Source of the DNA: Heterodontus francisci
Lineage: Eukaryota
Reading direction: 5' to 3'
Assembly (NCBI RefSeq): GCF_036365525.1
Contig: NC_090374.1
Span: forward strand, 129,796,421 to 129,860,420
DNA: 64,000 bases
The translations under genes and the position numbers were made by a program. The notes under the pieces are model-generated. The model saw nothing but the letters and a program-made list of their open reading frames with translations, was not told the origin of the DNA and searched no databases. This document shows positions 1 through 12,405 of the stretch, one piece after another (position 1 is the stretch's first letter; every line of letters starts with the position of its first letter).

Positions 1-271
1 GACCCATTGGGCTTTGGGGCAGAGCCACAATGGATTCTGATGTCACAACATCCGTTATCTATGAGACAAAGTGCTGGAGAAGGAGAGATCGTTGCAAACT
101 CTTCTGTCTTTAATGTAAAAAAAAATGCAGTACCACCAAGTCTGGGCATAAAAAATTGGAATTGATAAACAAAATTTAATTGATATGTGTGGTCATTTAA
201 AGCACTCAAAGGGAAATTTACCTGACATTTAAGAGGACAATCAAAGTTTTAGAAAACATGAAAAAAAACAA

Positions 272-379
272 AAACAGTCTAAGTTGTTTACTTTGTTGGA
301 CATTAGCAATGGGTTCTGGTCCATACCGCTGGCACAAGAGTGCCAATATAAATTTGCATTTACATTCCAGGGACAACAA
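272..379 (+). mobile_element. Reverse transcriptase relic, retrovirus-like or LTR retrotransposon (palm motif A region)
   Basis: Translates KQSKLFTLLDISNGFWSIPLAQECQYKFAFTFQGQQ, matching the LDxxxxFxxIP...FAFT.QG.Q segment of retroviral RT. It breaks off before the YxDD motif. Confidence 0.7.
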
Positions 380-397
380 ACTCATGTCACTGGACCA

Positions 398-456
398 TTA
401 GTCAGAGCATCTGGATTACTACTCCAGTAACATTACCACAATGCTACTGTTCCCCT
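398..456 (-). mobile_element. 5' head fragment of a tRNA-derived SINE (family of 4611-5015)
   Basis: Reverse complement ggggaacagtagcattgtggtaatgttactggagtagtaatccaga resembles the head of the 4611 and 39416 copies. Confidence 0.55.
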
Positions 457-459
457 TTA

Positions 460-1765
460 TCCATCTGAAAATGAATCCTAGTGCTTGGTCTCCTTTTTTA
501 TCGCATTATTGACCTGCATCACTACTTTTAGTGATTTGTGTATCTGCATCCCCAGATCCCTTTGTTCCTCTGTCCCATTTAGATACTTATTTTCCTTCCT
601 ACCAAAATGTACCACCACATACTTATTGATATTGAAGCTCATTTGCCAATTAAATGCCCATTCTGGAAGTTTGTTAATATCTTCCTGTATTTTGCTTCAG
701 TCCTCTACTACATTAACTATACACCCCAGTTTATTGTCCACAAATTTTGAAATTTACTTCCAATTCCTGAGTCCAAATCATTTATGTAAATGATGAACAG
801 TTGTCCCAGCACCAATCAATGTAGAACACCACTCTTCACCATTTGCCAATCTGAGTAGCGATCTTTACTCCATCTCTCTACATTTTGTTTTATAGCTAGC
901 TTGCTATCCATTCTACTACTTACCCACTGACTACACATATTCTCACCTTAGTCTTGAGTTTATTATGCAGTACCTTATCAAAAGTCTATTGAAAATCCAA
1001 TTATTTCTATGCATTACCCTTACTTACCCTTTCTGTTACTTCTCCAAAGAATTCAATAAAGTTGATCAAGCATGATCTTCCCTTTTGAAATCTGACTTCC
1101 CTTTATTATATTTTTGATTTCTAAATTTTTTCCATTACATCTTTCAGTAATGATTCCATTATCTTTCCTACCACTGCATTAATCTACTTGATCTATAGTA
1201 CCCCGGACTTTTTCTGTCTCCCTTTTTACATAAAGGAATCACATTATCTGCCTGTCTCTGGTACTGTTTCCTTTTCTAATGATTTTTTATTTATATGTAA
1301 TAGTGCCTCTGCTATCTCTTCCCTTTTAAAATGTGAAGATGCAATCTATCCGTTATCTCCCCCTTTCTATCTTAAATATCATATACCTTTTTTGATCTCT
1401 TCTTTTAATGACAGTGATGTGTTAGTTTCCCTGGTAAATACCAAGGCAAAGTAATTATTTAATATTTCTGGCAATTCGCTGTCATTACTTGCGAATTCAT
1501 CATGTATATCCCTAAGTGGCCTTAACCCTATCTTGATTTTTCTTTTGCTATTTATGTATGTCTGCAGAATACTTCATTTCTTTTTATATTCTTTGATAAT
1601 ATAATTTCATAGTTTATCTATCCCTTCCTTTTTTTACTTCTATCATATCCTTTATTAAATTCCCATTTGTCACCTTCTCCTTTGTGGTACATGTACTTAC
1701 TGTATGCCTTTTTCTTTATTTTTAATTCTGCCTTTATTTCTTTATTCATTCATGGTTTCATTATG
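460..1765 (-). mobile_element. Degenerate CR1-clade LINE ORF2 fragment
   Basis: Reverse complement aligns by eye with RT-region DNA of other CR1 copies here (for example ggattttcaatagactttgataaggtactgcataata, the DFxKAFDKVPH motif). It has many stops. Confidence 0.65.
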
Positions 1766-4399
1766 GCTAGTTTTTCTTGGGTGAGGGGCTTAAGAGCAGG
1801 GTACGAACATAAAATAAAGACAAGATTAAGAGCCGAGGCTGGTAAATAGAAATAAAATCGAAGCATAAAAAAGTGAGAAAGAGCTTGGAAAGCTGAAAAC
1901 AGAAAAGAAGCTAAAGGGATAAAAAGTTAGATGGGAAAAAACAGGAGCTGCCACAGATGAAGGAATTGCAATTGGTGCAGGGCAGCATGGAATATCATCT
2001 GTGAGCCAGCCATTGAAATTTTCTTGGGTGGAGAGCAATAAGGGACTTTAAAAAAAAAACAATAAGTTGATCTGGGGAATGCCGCAAAGGCCATTTTTTA
2101 TATGGGGCTCAACAATATTATTTTAGAAAATAGGATGCCATTTTTTTCAAATCAGCAGAGAGGACTGCTGGGAAAATCATTTTTAGAAACTTCTGAGGGG
2201 GCAATAGACAGAATTCATATAACTATGTGTAAAGAAATTTTTCACTTGTAATGTAAGAGGTTTTGTTCTGAGCACCTGGGACAAGGTAGAGCAAGGCTTT
2301 CAATGCTATCATTGGTGGAGAAACTGTGTGATAGGAGATGGAGGTTCTACAACAACACTAGTGATGCAAATGCTGCAAATGCAAAGTAAAACTGAATAGA
2401 TGTTTACAAACTCTATCAATATACAATGGGAAAAGTTGTCAGAAATGTAGACCAAAAATTATAACAGGAAAAAGAATTATGGGACTGATGCATGGCCTGC
2501 TTTTATTTTTAAATATATAAATATCATAGAGGCAAATATTTTGGAAAAATACTCGTAGAAGTGACTTGACTGCTTACTCTACGATACAAAATGTTTTAAA
2601 AATCAAGATTTAAAGTGTTTCATTACATATTTTCTAGACACCTGTAAAATACATAAACATGAACCATTCTTGATGTGTAGACTTTTCTCGGTTATAGCAG
2701 GAGTTAGCTCTTGTTCTCCATGATTTTCTGGAACTACCCAAATCCAGGTCAATATAATCTGTAAACTCTCAACAATCTATTGCTTTAAACTAAGTAACAT
2801 CCTTTAGTTCAAAACTATTCCCAAAAACAACTTGACTACATAATTAAAGCTTTCCATAATAAATCATGTTATATAGATGCTCTTTGATGCTACATCCACG
2901 ATTACATGGTGCATTGCATCTCATTAAAATGACCTTTCACGTGAATCGGAAGATGCAAACTAACCTGAGAGATATCAGCTTTTGAAATCAGTGAGCGACA
3001 GCTTCCTTTTAATGCTTTTTTAGCAATCAGAACACAAAAGCCAAGAAAATGAAAGCATCAAAGGAGAGATTTAGGTAATAGGCACAGAAAGCTGCAAATC
3101 AAGACTATATATTTGTCTCTTTTAATTGAACCTGCACTGCTGTACTGTGCTGGCAAAGGACTAGCCTTGCAACGCGTTCCTTGCTCTCCTGTAATGCTGC
3201 TCTATAGCAACCCACATCAATACGCCCTCCAGTTTTCTCTGAGATCATTTTGCCAAAAATGCTCAGCACTGGACAGATTTACACTGTTAACCCCATTAAT
3301 TTCCCATCCAACCAATCAGGTCTCATTTTTGCTTTTTGATACATTACCAAGCTTAAAATTCTGCCAGCAATCATTGGAAATCAGTGATGATCACGGATAA
3401 ATAGCTAAATAACTCAAAAACCTGGTCTCACAGATCTTGAGCTCCTAAAGGTAATCAAATGGTCTAAACTTAACTTTGAGTAAAATGATTTTATGGTTTT
3501 TACACCATGTGAATTTGCTCTGAAATGAGCAGTTCTTTCCTTGAAAAAAAAATTCTTATAAGAACTGGCAGGCCTTGACATTTGGGGCAGCGTACTCTGC
3601 CCATCATCTGGAGGAATAACTGAAACGGATGGAAACAGTGGGTTTATGTGTGGTGGAGAATGGGAATGTGGGTGGGATCTTAGTGCTGATAAGCCATTAC
3701 ATGTTCTTGTGCTTGCTGTTATTGGTTGCCTAATTGTGTTCCATGAAAGATCGGTACCTACTATTGTTCTTGTCAGGATATGTTAGTTGCGGAGCAGGTA
3801 GTGATGTGTTTCTTGAGTCAGGGTAGTCAGATATCACTGATGAGCAGGCCACTGGTCCAAACTTTGCAGAGCAAGAGATTAGTGTTAGTAATTGAAACGA
3901 TGCCCATGAAGGTTCAAATATGACACACACAACCAAGTGGTCCGAAGTGATTGCACAGCGTCATTGTTTAAATCATAAACAGTTATCAAAGATTACATCA
4001 ATAAAAGCAAGTCCTTCAACAGAAGCATAGCTTGACAAGGTTAACCCTAATTTCTGCGATTCTGAAAGGTTAGAAATTAGTTTTGTCTTCTGTTTTGAAG
4101 CTAATTTTCAATCCATTTAGACAACTTACTGTAGAAACAGACTGTAACAGCATGTTACCTTTGACCTCCCTATTCATCTCACATAAGAAACTTTACTGAA
4201 TGCCTTTTAAAAATCTAAATAAATTTTATCTACTAGATTAACCTCATCACTAAATTAGCTACCCTCTCAAATATTTCCAACAGGTTTATAAGGCCTAATC
4301 CATTACTTTTAAAATGGTACTATGATACCTATGTTTTGTTGTTCATATATAGTATTCCATAAGAAAGCCCTCAAGCATTTTGGAGGATATTATAAGTAG

Positions 4400-5290
4400 T
4401 CTACGTTTTCCAGCTTGTGACTCACTCTTTTGTTGAAAGTTGGAATAATATTTTGACATCCTCAATCTTCAGTTGGTCTTGGGACCCTTGCTATTTCAAC
4501 TGTGCCATTAATGACTTGGTTGAAGGTATCAAACAAAATTTCATTTTTGCACATGATTTCAAAATTGCAGGTAGAGCAAATATTCAGGAATATTGCAACT
4601 TATTGCTATTGGGGAGAAGATGGTACAGTGGTAATGTCACTGAATTAGTAATTCAGAGGTCCAGGCTAATGCCCTGGGTACACAGGCTCAAATCTCACCA
4701 TGGCAGCTGGTGGAATATAAATTCAATTAATTAATAAAAATCTAGAATTGAAAGCTAGTCTCAGTAATGGTGCCACAAAACTACCATCCATTGTCGTAAA
4801 AATCCATCTGGTTCACTAATTTCCTTTAGGGAAGGAAATCTGCCTTCCTTACTTGGTCTGCCCTACATGTAACTCCAGACCCACAGCAATGTGGTTGACT
4901 CTTAACTGCCTTCTAAAATGGCCTAGCAAGCCATTCAGTTGTCAAGGGCAATTAGGGATGGGCAACAATGCTGGCCTTGCCAGTGACGCCCACATCCCAT
5001 GAAAGAATATAAAAAGAGTCAGGCAAAAGTAACTGGGCCAAATAAGTAGCAGTTGAGAGTCCACTGAGGATAAATGTAAAATAAATAGTACTGCAATAGC
5101 AAATCAAATGTGTAAACACATGTATTAAATGGAACAGTGTTGCAGTTTGCTGATCATGAGATATAAGGATTTATAATAGATAAATCAACAAAATAGTCAG
5201 TACTGTTCAGCTGTAGTAAAAAAGGCAAATAAATTACTTAGTTACATTTGCATAGCAGAGTTTAAATAGGTGAACTACAGCTGTATAACA
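4400..5290 (+). mobile_element. Old CR1-like RT fragment split by a SINE
   Basis: Decayed VLGPLLF..INDL and FA.D.K-like DNA at 4475-4575, continuing after the SINE at about 5015-5290. Confidence 0.5.
4611..5015 (+). mobile_element. tRNA-derived SINE of about 400 bp
   Basis: A-box-like tggtacagtgg, B-box-like ggctcaaatc and an A-rich tail. Closely similar inverted copies lie at 35441-35815 and 39015-39416. Confidence 0.8.
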
Positions 5291-5399
5291 CAATGGGCTG
5301 AATTTTATCAGCTCGCTGCCAATCTCCTGCAGCTACAATTGAGAGTAGTTGGACTGTGGAGTAGCCAGTGGAGTTAAAGGACCGCAGAAAAATCCGAAG

Positions 5400-6702
5400 A
5401 TGGCAGAGGCACGCTCCAGGGTGGCCCACGTTTCAGCGATACCTCCCTACTTATTCTCCTCCAGGCTGTGTGGGCAAGGCAGGAGGTCCTTTTTCCCGGC
5501 GATGGTAAGAAGAGGCCCTCCCGCCCGACCAAAGCAGTCTGGCTGGAGGTGGCAGAGGAGGTCAGTAGCCATGGGGCCATCTGGCATGAGTGGGTCCAGT
5601 GCCGCAAGAGGATGAATGATCTGCTGCGCTCCACAAAAGTAAGTGGCACTTTGTTTCATGGCTCCACTGAACCTGGTTGTCCCCCCACAGAGTGACACAT
5701 GTGTGCCACTGCCATGCCAAAGACTGGAAGGTTGGACGCATCATGAATGGATGAATGTATGAAAGAACTCACCCTTGTCTGCTGCTCAGAGCATGGCACC
5801 TACATGACAGGCTCACTCAGTAGTGCAGACCGAGTCTTTCCCACCTTTGGGCTCAGCACGCCTCTTGTGTCATGTGATATGTTTTTGCTTTGCCATGCTT
5901 AATATCTGCCTCCTTGCTCCTCCAGGCAAAGAGGGCCCACAATCCCCGGGAGGCAAAGAGGACTGGTGGAGGAGTGCCGGCTGTCCAACCACTGACACAG
6001 GCTGAGGAGGGGGCCCTGGATCTTGCAACTATACACGTGGACCGTTCAGTTGGTGACATTGATCTTGGGGTCCTGGGTGAACATACAGCCATTTGATATA
6101 CACAATGATCACCTTGAAAATGTTATTGTTCGAGACGATGCTGTAATAATTGTTACATGCACACCATCAAGACTGTAGGTGTGCTTTTCACATTGTATCT
6201 TGCAGGTCAACGCTTTGAATCGAACCCGGTGGTCCAGGACTCCTCCCACATCTCTGAGAAAGAAACATCCTCAGAGGACACAGTGTCCCATGACACTCCC
6301 GCACCTTCCACCAGCGCAGATACAGTCACCTCGGTGGGAATCTGATCAGCCTTAAAGTCTGGGTCACAAGCTGGTGAGAGCACTGCACATGTGCCCGAGC
6401 AGCTGACTGAGGCTGAGAAAGCCGAGGCCCCTGACAGTCGGGGGACTGTGGGTGGCCAGGCCCATGCTGAGCCCCAGGCTACTGATGACCCTCGGTTGTC
6501 AACAACACAGGGCATGCTGTATCTGCTGCAGCAGCAGTTGTGGCAACTTCTGGTGGAGTTGCCACAGGCCATGCGCAGCCTTGAGCAGATGATGGGGGAG
6601 TCCATCCTGGCCATGACAGCTGCCATATCCCAGGCATCTGAGTGCATAGCTTCATCCACGGAGACGATGGCGGCCCTCCTGGTGAGCCAGATTCCACTGT
6701 AA
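5400..6702 (+). pseudogene. Harbinger Myb/SANT-like DNA-binding protein gene (spliced, disrupted)
   Basis: ATG 5400, then RFSDTSLLILLQAV...W.EVAEEV....W.QCRKRMNDL. Donor gtaagt at 5639, acceptor ctccag before 5926 (AKRAHN...RTGGG), acceptor ttgcag before 6206. Frameshift near 5428 and stop at 6343-6345. Confidence 0.75.
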
Positions 6703-6735
6703 AGGTTCAATCACTAAATGTTCTTCACTAACTTT

Positions 6736-7075
6736 GGGCGGCACAGTGGCGCAGTGGTTAGCACCGCAGCCTCACAGCTCCAGCAACCCGGGTTCAATTC
6801 TGGGTCCTGCCTGTGTGGAGTTTGCAAGTTCTCCCTGTGTCTGCATGGGTTTCCTCTAGGTGTTCTGGTTTCCTCCCACAGCCAAAAGACTTGCAGGTTG
6901 ATAGGTAAATTGGCCATTATAAATTGCCCCTAGTATAGGTAGGTGGTAGGGGAATATAGGGACAGGTGAGGATGTGGTAGAAATATGGGATCAGTGTAGG
7001 ATTAGTATAAATGGGTGGTTAATGGTCGGCACAGACTCGGTGGGCTGAAGGGCCTGTTTCAGTGCTGTATCTAAA
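6736..7075 (+). mobile_element. HE1-type V-SINE inserted in the Harbinger
   Basis: tRNA-like head (tggcgcagtgg A box, ggttcaattc B box), V-domain ctgtgtggagtttgcaagttctccctgtgtctgcatgggtttcc, and a CR1/HER1-like tail gggctgaagggcctgtttc. Confidence 0.85.
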
Positions 7076-7349
7076 TGTGTATCGTTTTTACTATCTGAAT
7101 GAAGTGTGCCAGCATGTACCGATCGTGTCTCCTCCCATTACATCATTTGCCTTTCAGAACTGCCAATGTATGGAATAACATCATTGCCATGTCAGTATTA
7201 GTCATGTGCATCTCCAAGGATGCAGTAACATGTACAATGGCTCAGTCAGCTACTGCCAGTAATTGTGGAGACAAAGATGTTGCAGATGCGGACAGCTGTA
7301 CAACAGGTGAACGAGGGTGCTGTGTGGTTTGCAGAGCACATGGTAGTTC

Positions 7350-8410
7350 TTATGGTGTGGCGAACTGTTGATCAATAAGGTGTTGCCATGCATCCCTAGC
7401 TCGAAGCTCTCCCTGCATGCGCACCTGGATGCTCGCTGTCCTTCCATGTGCCTTTTCTGCTGTGTCCTCGTCGTCCTCATCATCTGAGGAGTCCTGCTCA
7501 CGTCTCTCCTCATCCTGCAAGACCTTCCCCCTTATTGAGTACATAGTCATGCAGAGCACTGCTAACAGCAACAATACGAGTTACCCTTTCTGGTTTGCAC
7601 TGCAGGACACCACCCGATCTATCCAGGCAGCAGAAGCACATTTTCAGCATGCTGATCGCCGGCTCAAAGGTGGCTCTTGTAGTGCTGTTGCAGACTGTTC
7701 ACTGCATCATTGGTGGGGTTTCTCACCAATGTCAGAAGCCACGTCTACAAGGGGTAGCCCTTGTCTCCAAGAAGCCACCCCTCCGTCTGAGCCAGTCCTA
7801 GGACTGGCACAGGATGAAGGCATCATGGCAGCTGCCTTGAAAGCGGGCACAGATTTGCATGAAGTGTTTCTGGTGATCAAATACGAGCTGCATGTTGATT
7901 GAGTGGAAGCCCTTATGGTTTACGTATTCAGCTGGTCGCCTGGCTGACCAGCTGATGGAGCTGAAACTGATGACCCTCTGGGCCTGGTTCCCAGGGTCCA
8001 CCATGAAGCGGATATAGTCACTGGCCCTCTGGTACAGGGCATCGGTGACCTCCCTGATACAGCAGTGCACTGCTAACTGAGTGACCCCACATAAGTCTCC
8101 GGTGGGCCCCGAAATTATGCAGAAGTGTAAAAATTAAGAACCGCTGTCACTATGAGAGCCACAGGCATAGGATATCCACCGCGCCCCTGGGCTGCAGTTC
8201 ATTGTTGAGCAGGGCACAGAGATGTGTCACCGCCTCTCTCGACATCTGCAGTTGCCTCTGACACTGGTGCTCTGACATCTGCAGGTATGTCATGCGGGAC
8301 CTGTAGATGCGCGGCGATCTGTATGGGCGAGCTCTCCTTGGGTGCTGCTGCTCATGACCGGGGGCCTCTACGTGGGCTGGAACTGCCTGTTGGTTTTGCC
8401 TGTGACACAT
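7350..8410 (-). pseudogene. HARBI1-like DDE transposase pseudogene
   Basis: Fragments IREVTDAL, YVNHKGFHSINMQLVFD, ARFQGSCHDAFIL, WLLGDKGYP and CLDRSGG lie in several frames. There are stops and frameshifts, and the GAIDxTH block is missing. Confidence 0.85.
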
Positions 8411-9229
8411 GGATCCGCATGAGAAACAGGAAAATGCATATAGGGTGAAACATCTCCATCACAAAGTTGCAATTAAACTTGGTTCCTTCACTTCTTCAAA
8501 GGTACCCAACAGGGCAGAGATTGATGTTGACTGGTACATCAGGTGCTTTCATGCATCAACTATGTGGCGTGACATGGCATTGCCTGTCTTAGCTCCCACT
8601 AAGAGTGACATAGAATGACCTCATTAAAATTGTACAAGCTGCATCGATTGGCCCTACAGCTATATAACCTTTATACGTCTACCGTTTCTGGCACTCTCCC
8701 CATATACAGGGTGACTGGAGTGCCATTGCTCCTTCACTGACAGAGGCAATCAATGGCACAGAGCAGCCAACCTTTACGGAGGGCGGAAATGTAGTAGCTT
8801 CCTACACGTCTGCAGACTTGTTCCCCCTGTAATCCTATCCCCCCTCCCTTCCGGTATGCAGAGTTCAGATCCCGGTATATCCAGACTTAACTGCACTGTG
8901 AGCGAGTACTCCTATTTTTGATGTACTGTCAGCTTTTCTCATTCGTGAATAGAATGGCACGTGACAGCACGTGTTCAGCGAAAAATGTGGAAGTGTGGAG
9001 CGACAGGCAGTGGGATACATAATCAGGAAAGGTAAGTAGCGCTTTACGTATGGTAATTGGGGTGCTGCCGCCAAGCGGAGGGGGCCGCACTGAGGTCCTG
9101 CCACACTGCCAGTAAAATGGGGCAGGGCTTTCTCGGTGTTGGGGGTCGAGGTGGGCCTCTCTTGGCAGAATTTTACGGGCTCCTTCACCACGACCCCCAA
9201 CGTTGAGGGGCCAGTAAAATTCAGCCATT

Positions 9230-10202
9230 GGTGTTTGAAGTGTGCAGACTGCAAGACCTGTTTCCAAGCAACTAGGAAAATTTATGACTGTCTTGTGACT
9301 TAGCTGTTTAAAAAGTTTAGTTTCATTTTCATTTCATTTCAGTTGCTGCTGGAGATCTACCAGGAAGACAGCCCAGAAACTTTTTCTCTTGAAAGTAATT
9401 CCTGTATCAAATGAAATTCTAACTTTCTCATGAAAGTCAAAGAACTGTGAAGGAGTGGCAAATCAAACGTATGAAAGCTAAAACCCTTGTTGCTGTGTCT
9501 ATCTGGAGAGTGGAAGCCTTGTATTTCGGGTGTGGCAGATTACTATTGCCTCCAGGCTCTGAAGAATCCCTGCCTCAAGAGTGATACCTATTGCCTTTTG
9601 TGTTTTGGGAGATCTTGAAATCTCAAGAAAGCTTCTATTGCTGGACTCCTATTTCAAAATCCAAGCAGATCTGTTGCTGCACCCCTGATACAAGACCTTG
9701 TGCGATCCCTGCTGCAGATGAATTGCCTTGAATGCCTACCCATCACAGACTGTTCATTAATCTCGCCTGGAGAGATCTCGAGTGGCATCCGACTATTCGA
9801 CTCTGTGACACCTCACCGATCCGGTAATGTCCTCCCAGACTCTGACAACCAATCATTTTATCATTCCTAAGAAACATTTGTAATTCAAAACATCCTTTTA
9901 AAACCAGTTAACCATTGGCTTTTGAATGCATGTGTGTGTGCATGAGGGTTAGGAAGAGTAAGAAGTTATAAAATCTTTTCATATATATAGATTTATCCCA
10001 TTATTGTTTAAGATTGAGTTTATTAATAAATAGTTAATTTTGTTGTTATTTAAAGAAACCTGGTTTTGTGTGCTTTCTTCTGGGGGACAAATAGAGGTTT
10101 AATTTGGCTATTTCCGGTAGGTGGGAAACTTCACTAATATGTTGTGACCTGTGGAGTCGTGGAACTGAATTACAGTGCATTACTCCCATGTTGGTCATAA
10201 CA
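9230..10202 (+). mobile_element. Putative LTR remnant (solo-LTR-like)
   Basis: Non-coding block with AATAAA near 10025 that ends ggtcataaCA just before a CR1. No 5' TG end or TSD was established. Confidence 0.3.
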
Positions 10203-10224
10203 CTATAGATATTTTTTAAAAAGA

Positions 10225-12010
10225 GTTAACAAAGTGAGCTTTGGTCCTATAGAAAGTGAGTCTGGGGAATTAATGTGGGAAAATAAGGAGATGGCAGATG
10301 AATTGAACAGGTATTTTGCATCAGTCTTCACTATAGAGGATACAAGTAACATCCCAAAAATAGCTGTAAATCAGTAAATGGAAGGGAGGGAGCAACTCAA
10401 GAAAATTACAATCACCAGGGAAGTGGTACTGAGCAAATTGTTTGAGGTGTGGGCTGACAAGTCCCTGAGTCCTGATGGACTTCATCCTAGGGTTCTAAAG
10501 GAAGTGGCTAGTGAGATAGTTAATGCGTTGGTTTTAATTTTCCAAAATTCCCTAGATTTGGGGAAGGTTCCATTGGATTGGAAAAGAGCAAATGTAATTC
10601 CTTTATTCAAAAAAGGTGGGAAACCGAAAGCAGGAAACAACAGGCCAGTTAAGCTTGACATCTGTCTTAGGGAAAATGTTAGACGCTATTATTAAAGACA
10701 TTATAACAGGGCACTTAAAAAAATTCAAGGTAATCAGGCAGAGTCAACATGGGTTTATGAAAGGAAAATCATGTTTAACGAATTTATTGGAGCTCTTTGA
10801 AGAAGTAACATGTGCTGTGTGGATAAAGGGGAACCGGTGGATGTACTATACTTAGATTTCCAGAAGGCATTTGATAAGGTACCACATCAAAGGTTATTGT
10901 GGAAAATAAAAGCTCATGGTGTAGGCGGTAACATTTTGGCATGGATAGAAGATTGGCTAGCTAACAGGAAACAGAGAGTAGGCATGAATGGGTCATTTTC
11001 TGGTTGGCAAGACGTAACGAGGAGTGTGCCACAGAGGTCAGTGCTAGGGCCTCAACTTTTTACAATTTATCTAACTGACTTTGATGAAGGGACCAAAGGT
11101 ATGGTTGCTAAATTTGCTGATGACACAAAGATAGGTAGGAAAGTAAGTTCTGAAGAGGACATAAGGAGGCTACAAAGGGATATAAATAGGTTAAGTGAGT
11201 GGGCAAAGATTTGGCAAATGGAGTATAATGTGGGAAAATGTATAATTGTCCATTTTGGCAGGAAGAATAAAAAAGCATATTATCTAAACGGTGAGGTTAC
11301 AGAGCTCAGAATGCAGAAGGATCTGAGTGTCCTAGTGCATGAATCACAAAAGGTTAGTATGCAGGTTCAGAAAGTAATTAGAAAAGCTAATAGAATGTTA
11401 TCGTTTAGCACGAGGGGAATTGAATACAAAAGTGTGGAGGTTATGCTTCAGTTATACAGGGCAGTGGTAAGACCATATCTGGAGTACTGTGTACAATATT
11501 GGTCTCCTTATTTAAGGAAGGATGCAAATGCATTGGAAGCAGTTCAGAGAAGATTTGCTAGACTAATATGTGGAATGGGAAGGTTGTCTTTCGAGGAAAG
11601 GTTGGCAGGCTAGGCTTGTATCCGCTGGAGTTTAGAAGAGTAAGAGGCGACTTAATTGTAACATACAAGATCCTGAGAGGTCTTGACAGGGTGGATGTGG
11701 AAAGGATGTTTCCTCTTATGGGAGAATCTAGAATTAGGGGTCACTATTTAAAAATAAGGATTTGCCCATTTAAGACAGAGATGAGAATTTATTTTTCTCA
11801 GGGTGGTTAGTCTTTGGAATTCTGTTCCTCAAAAAGCAGTGGAAGCAGACTCTTTAAATATTTTTAGGTAGACTAGATAGATTCTTGATAAGTAAGGGGT
11901 AGGCAGGAACATGGAGTTGAGGTTACAATCAGATCAGCCATGATTTCATTGAATGGCGGAGCAGGCTCAAGAGGCTGAGTGTCCTACTCCAGCTCCTAAT
12001 TCGTATGTAC
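10225..12010 (+). mobile_element. 5'-truncated CR1 LINE, RT region frameshifted, with 3' UTR
   Basis: ORFs 10378-10695, 10616-10855, 10810-11613 and 11568-11810 give successive CR1 ORF2 pieces (PDGLHPRVLKE, QHGF, YLDFQKAFDKVPH, KFADDTK). Confidence 0.92.
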
Positions 12011-12405
12011 GCTTATCCCAATGCACAAAATCACTTTGTGGCCTGTGCTCTGTATACCTAGGTGGCAGGGGCACATTTCCGAAGGCCTTGAAATACTTCA
12101 ATGACGTATTAGATATTATAGTAGTGACATTCTAGGTTATACAACAGTAGCTATTGCAGAAGTAAAAGATGGAGGATTTTCCTCATCAGGCCAGAGTGCT
12201 TTCTGCTGATCATGTGCAGTTTAGCTGTTATATTCAAAAAAGATGTGGCTAAACGGCAACTGCACAACATTTCGTCACAAGCAGAGTTGAAAGGTAAATT
12301 GAAAATTTTTATCTAAAAAGATCGTGCCATTAAAAATACTTGCGTATAGCAAGTCATCATAAATCAGAACATGTAGTACTTACATAGGGCTCTTTGGAGA
12401 CAGAT

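Larger units (their letters stand above)
5296..9226. mobile_element. PIF/Harbinger DNA transposon, decayed autonomous copy
   Basis: Perfect 12-bp TIR ggctgaatttta (5296-5307) / taaaattcagcc (9215-9226) encloses convergent Myb/SANT-like and HARBI1-like transposase genes. The 3-bp flanks atg/att are not a perfect TSD. Confidence 0.85.

Noticed and set aside
6736-6810. tRNA gene
   Set aside because: The A and B boxes continue into a V-domain and LINE tail, so this is a SINE head.
7350-8410. Domesticated host gene HARBI1, or NAIF1/MSANTD for the partner ORF
   Set aside because: Stops, frameshifts, a deleted catalytic block and enclosing TIRs indicate a dead transposon.
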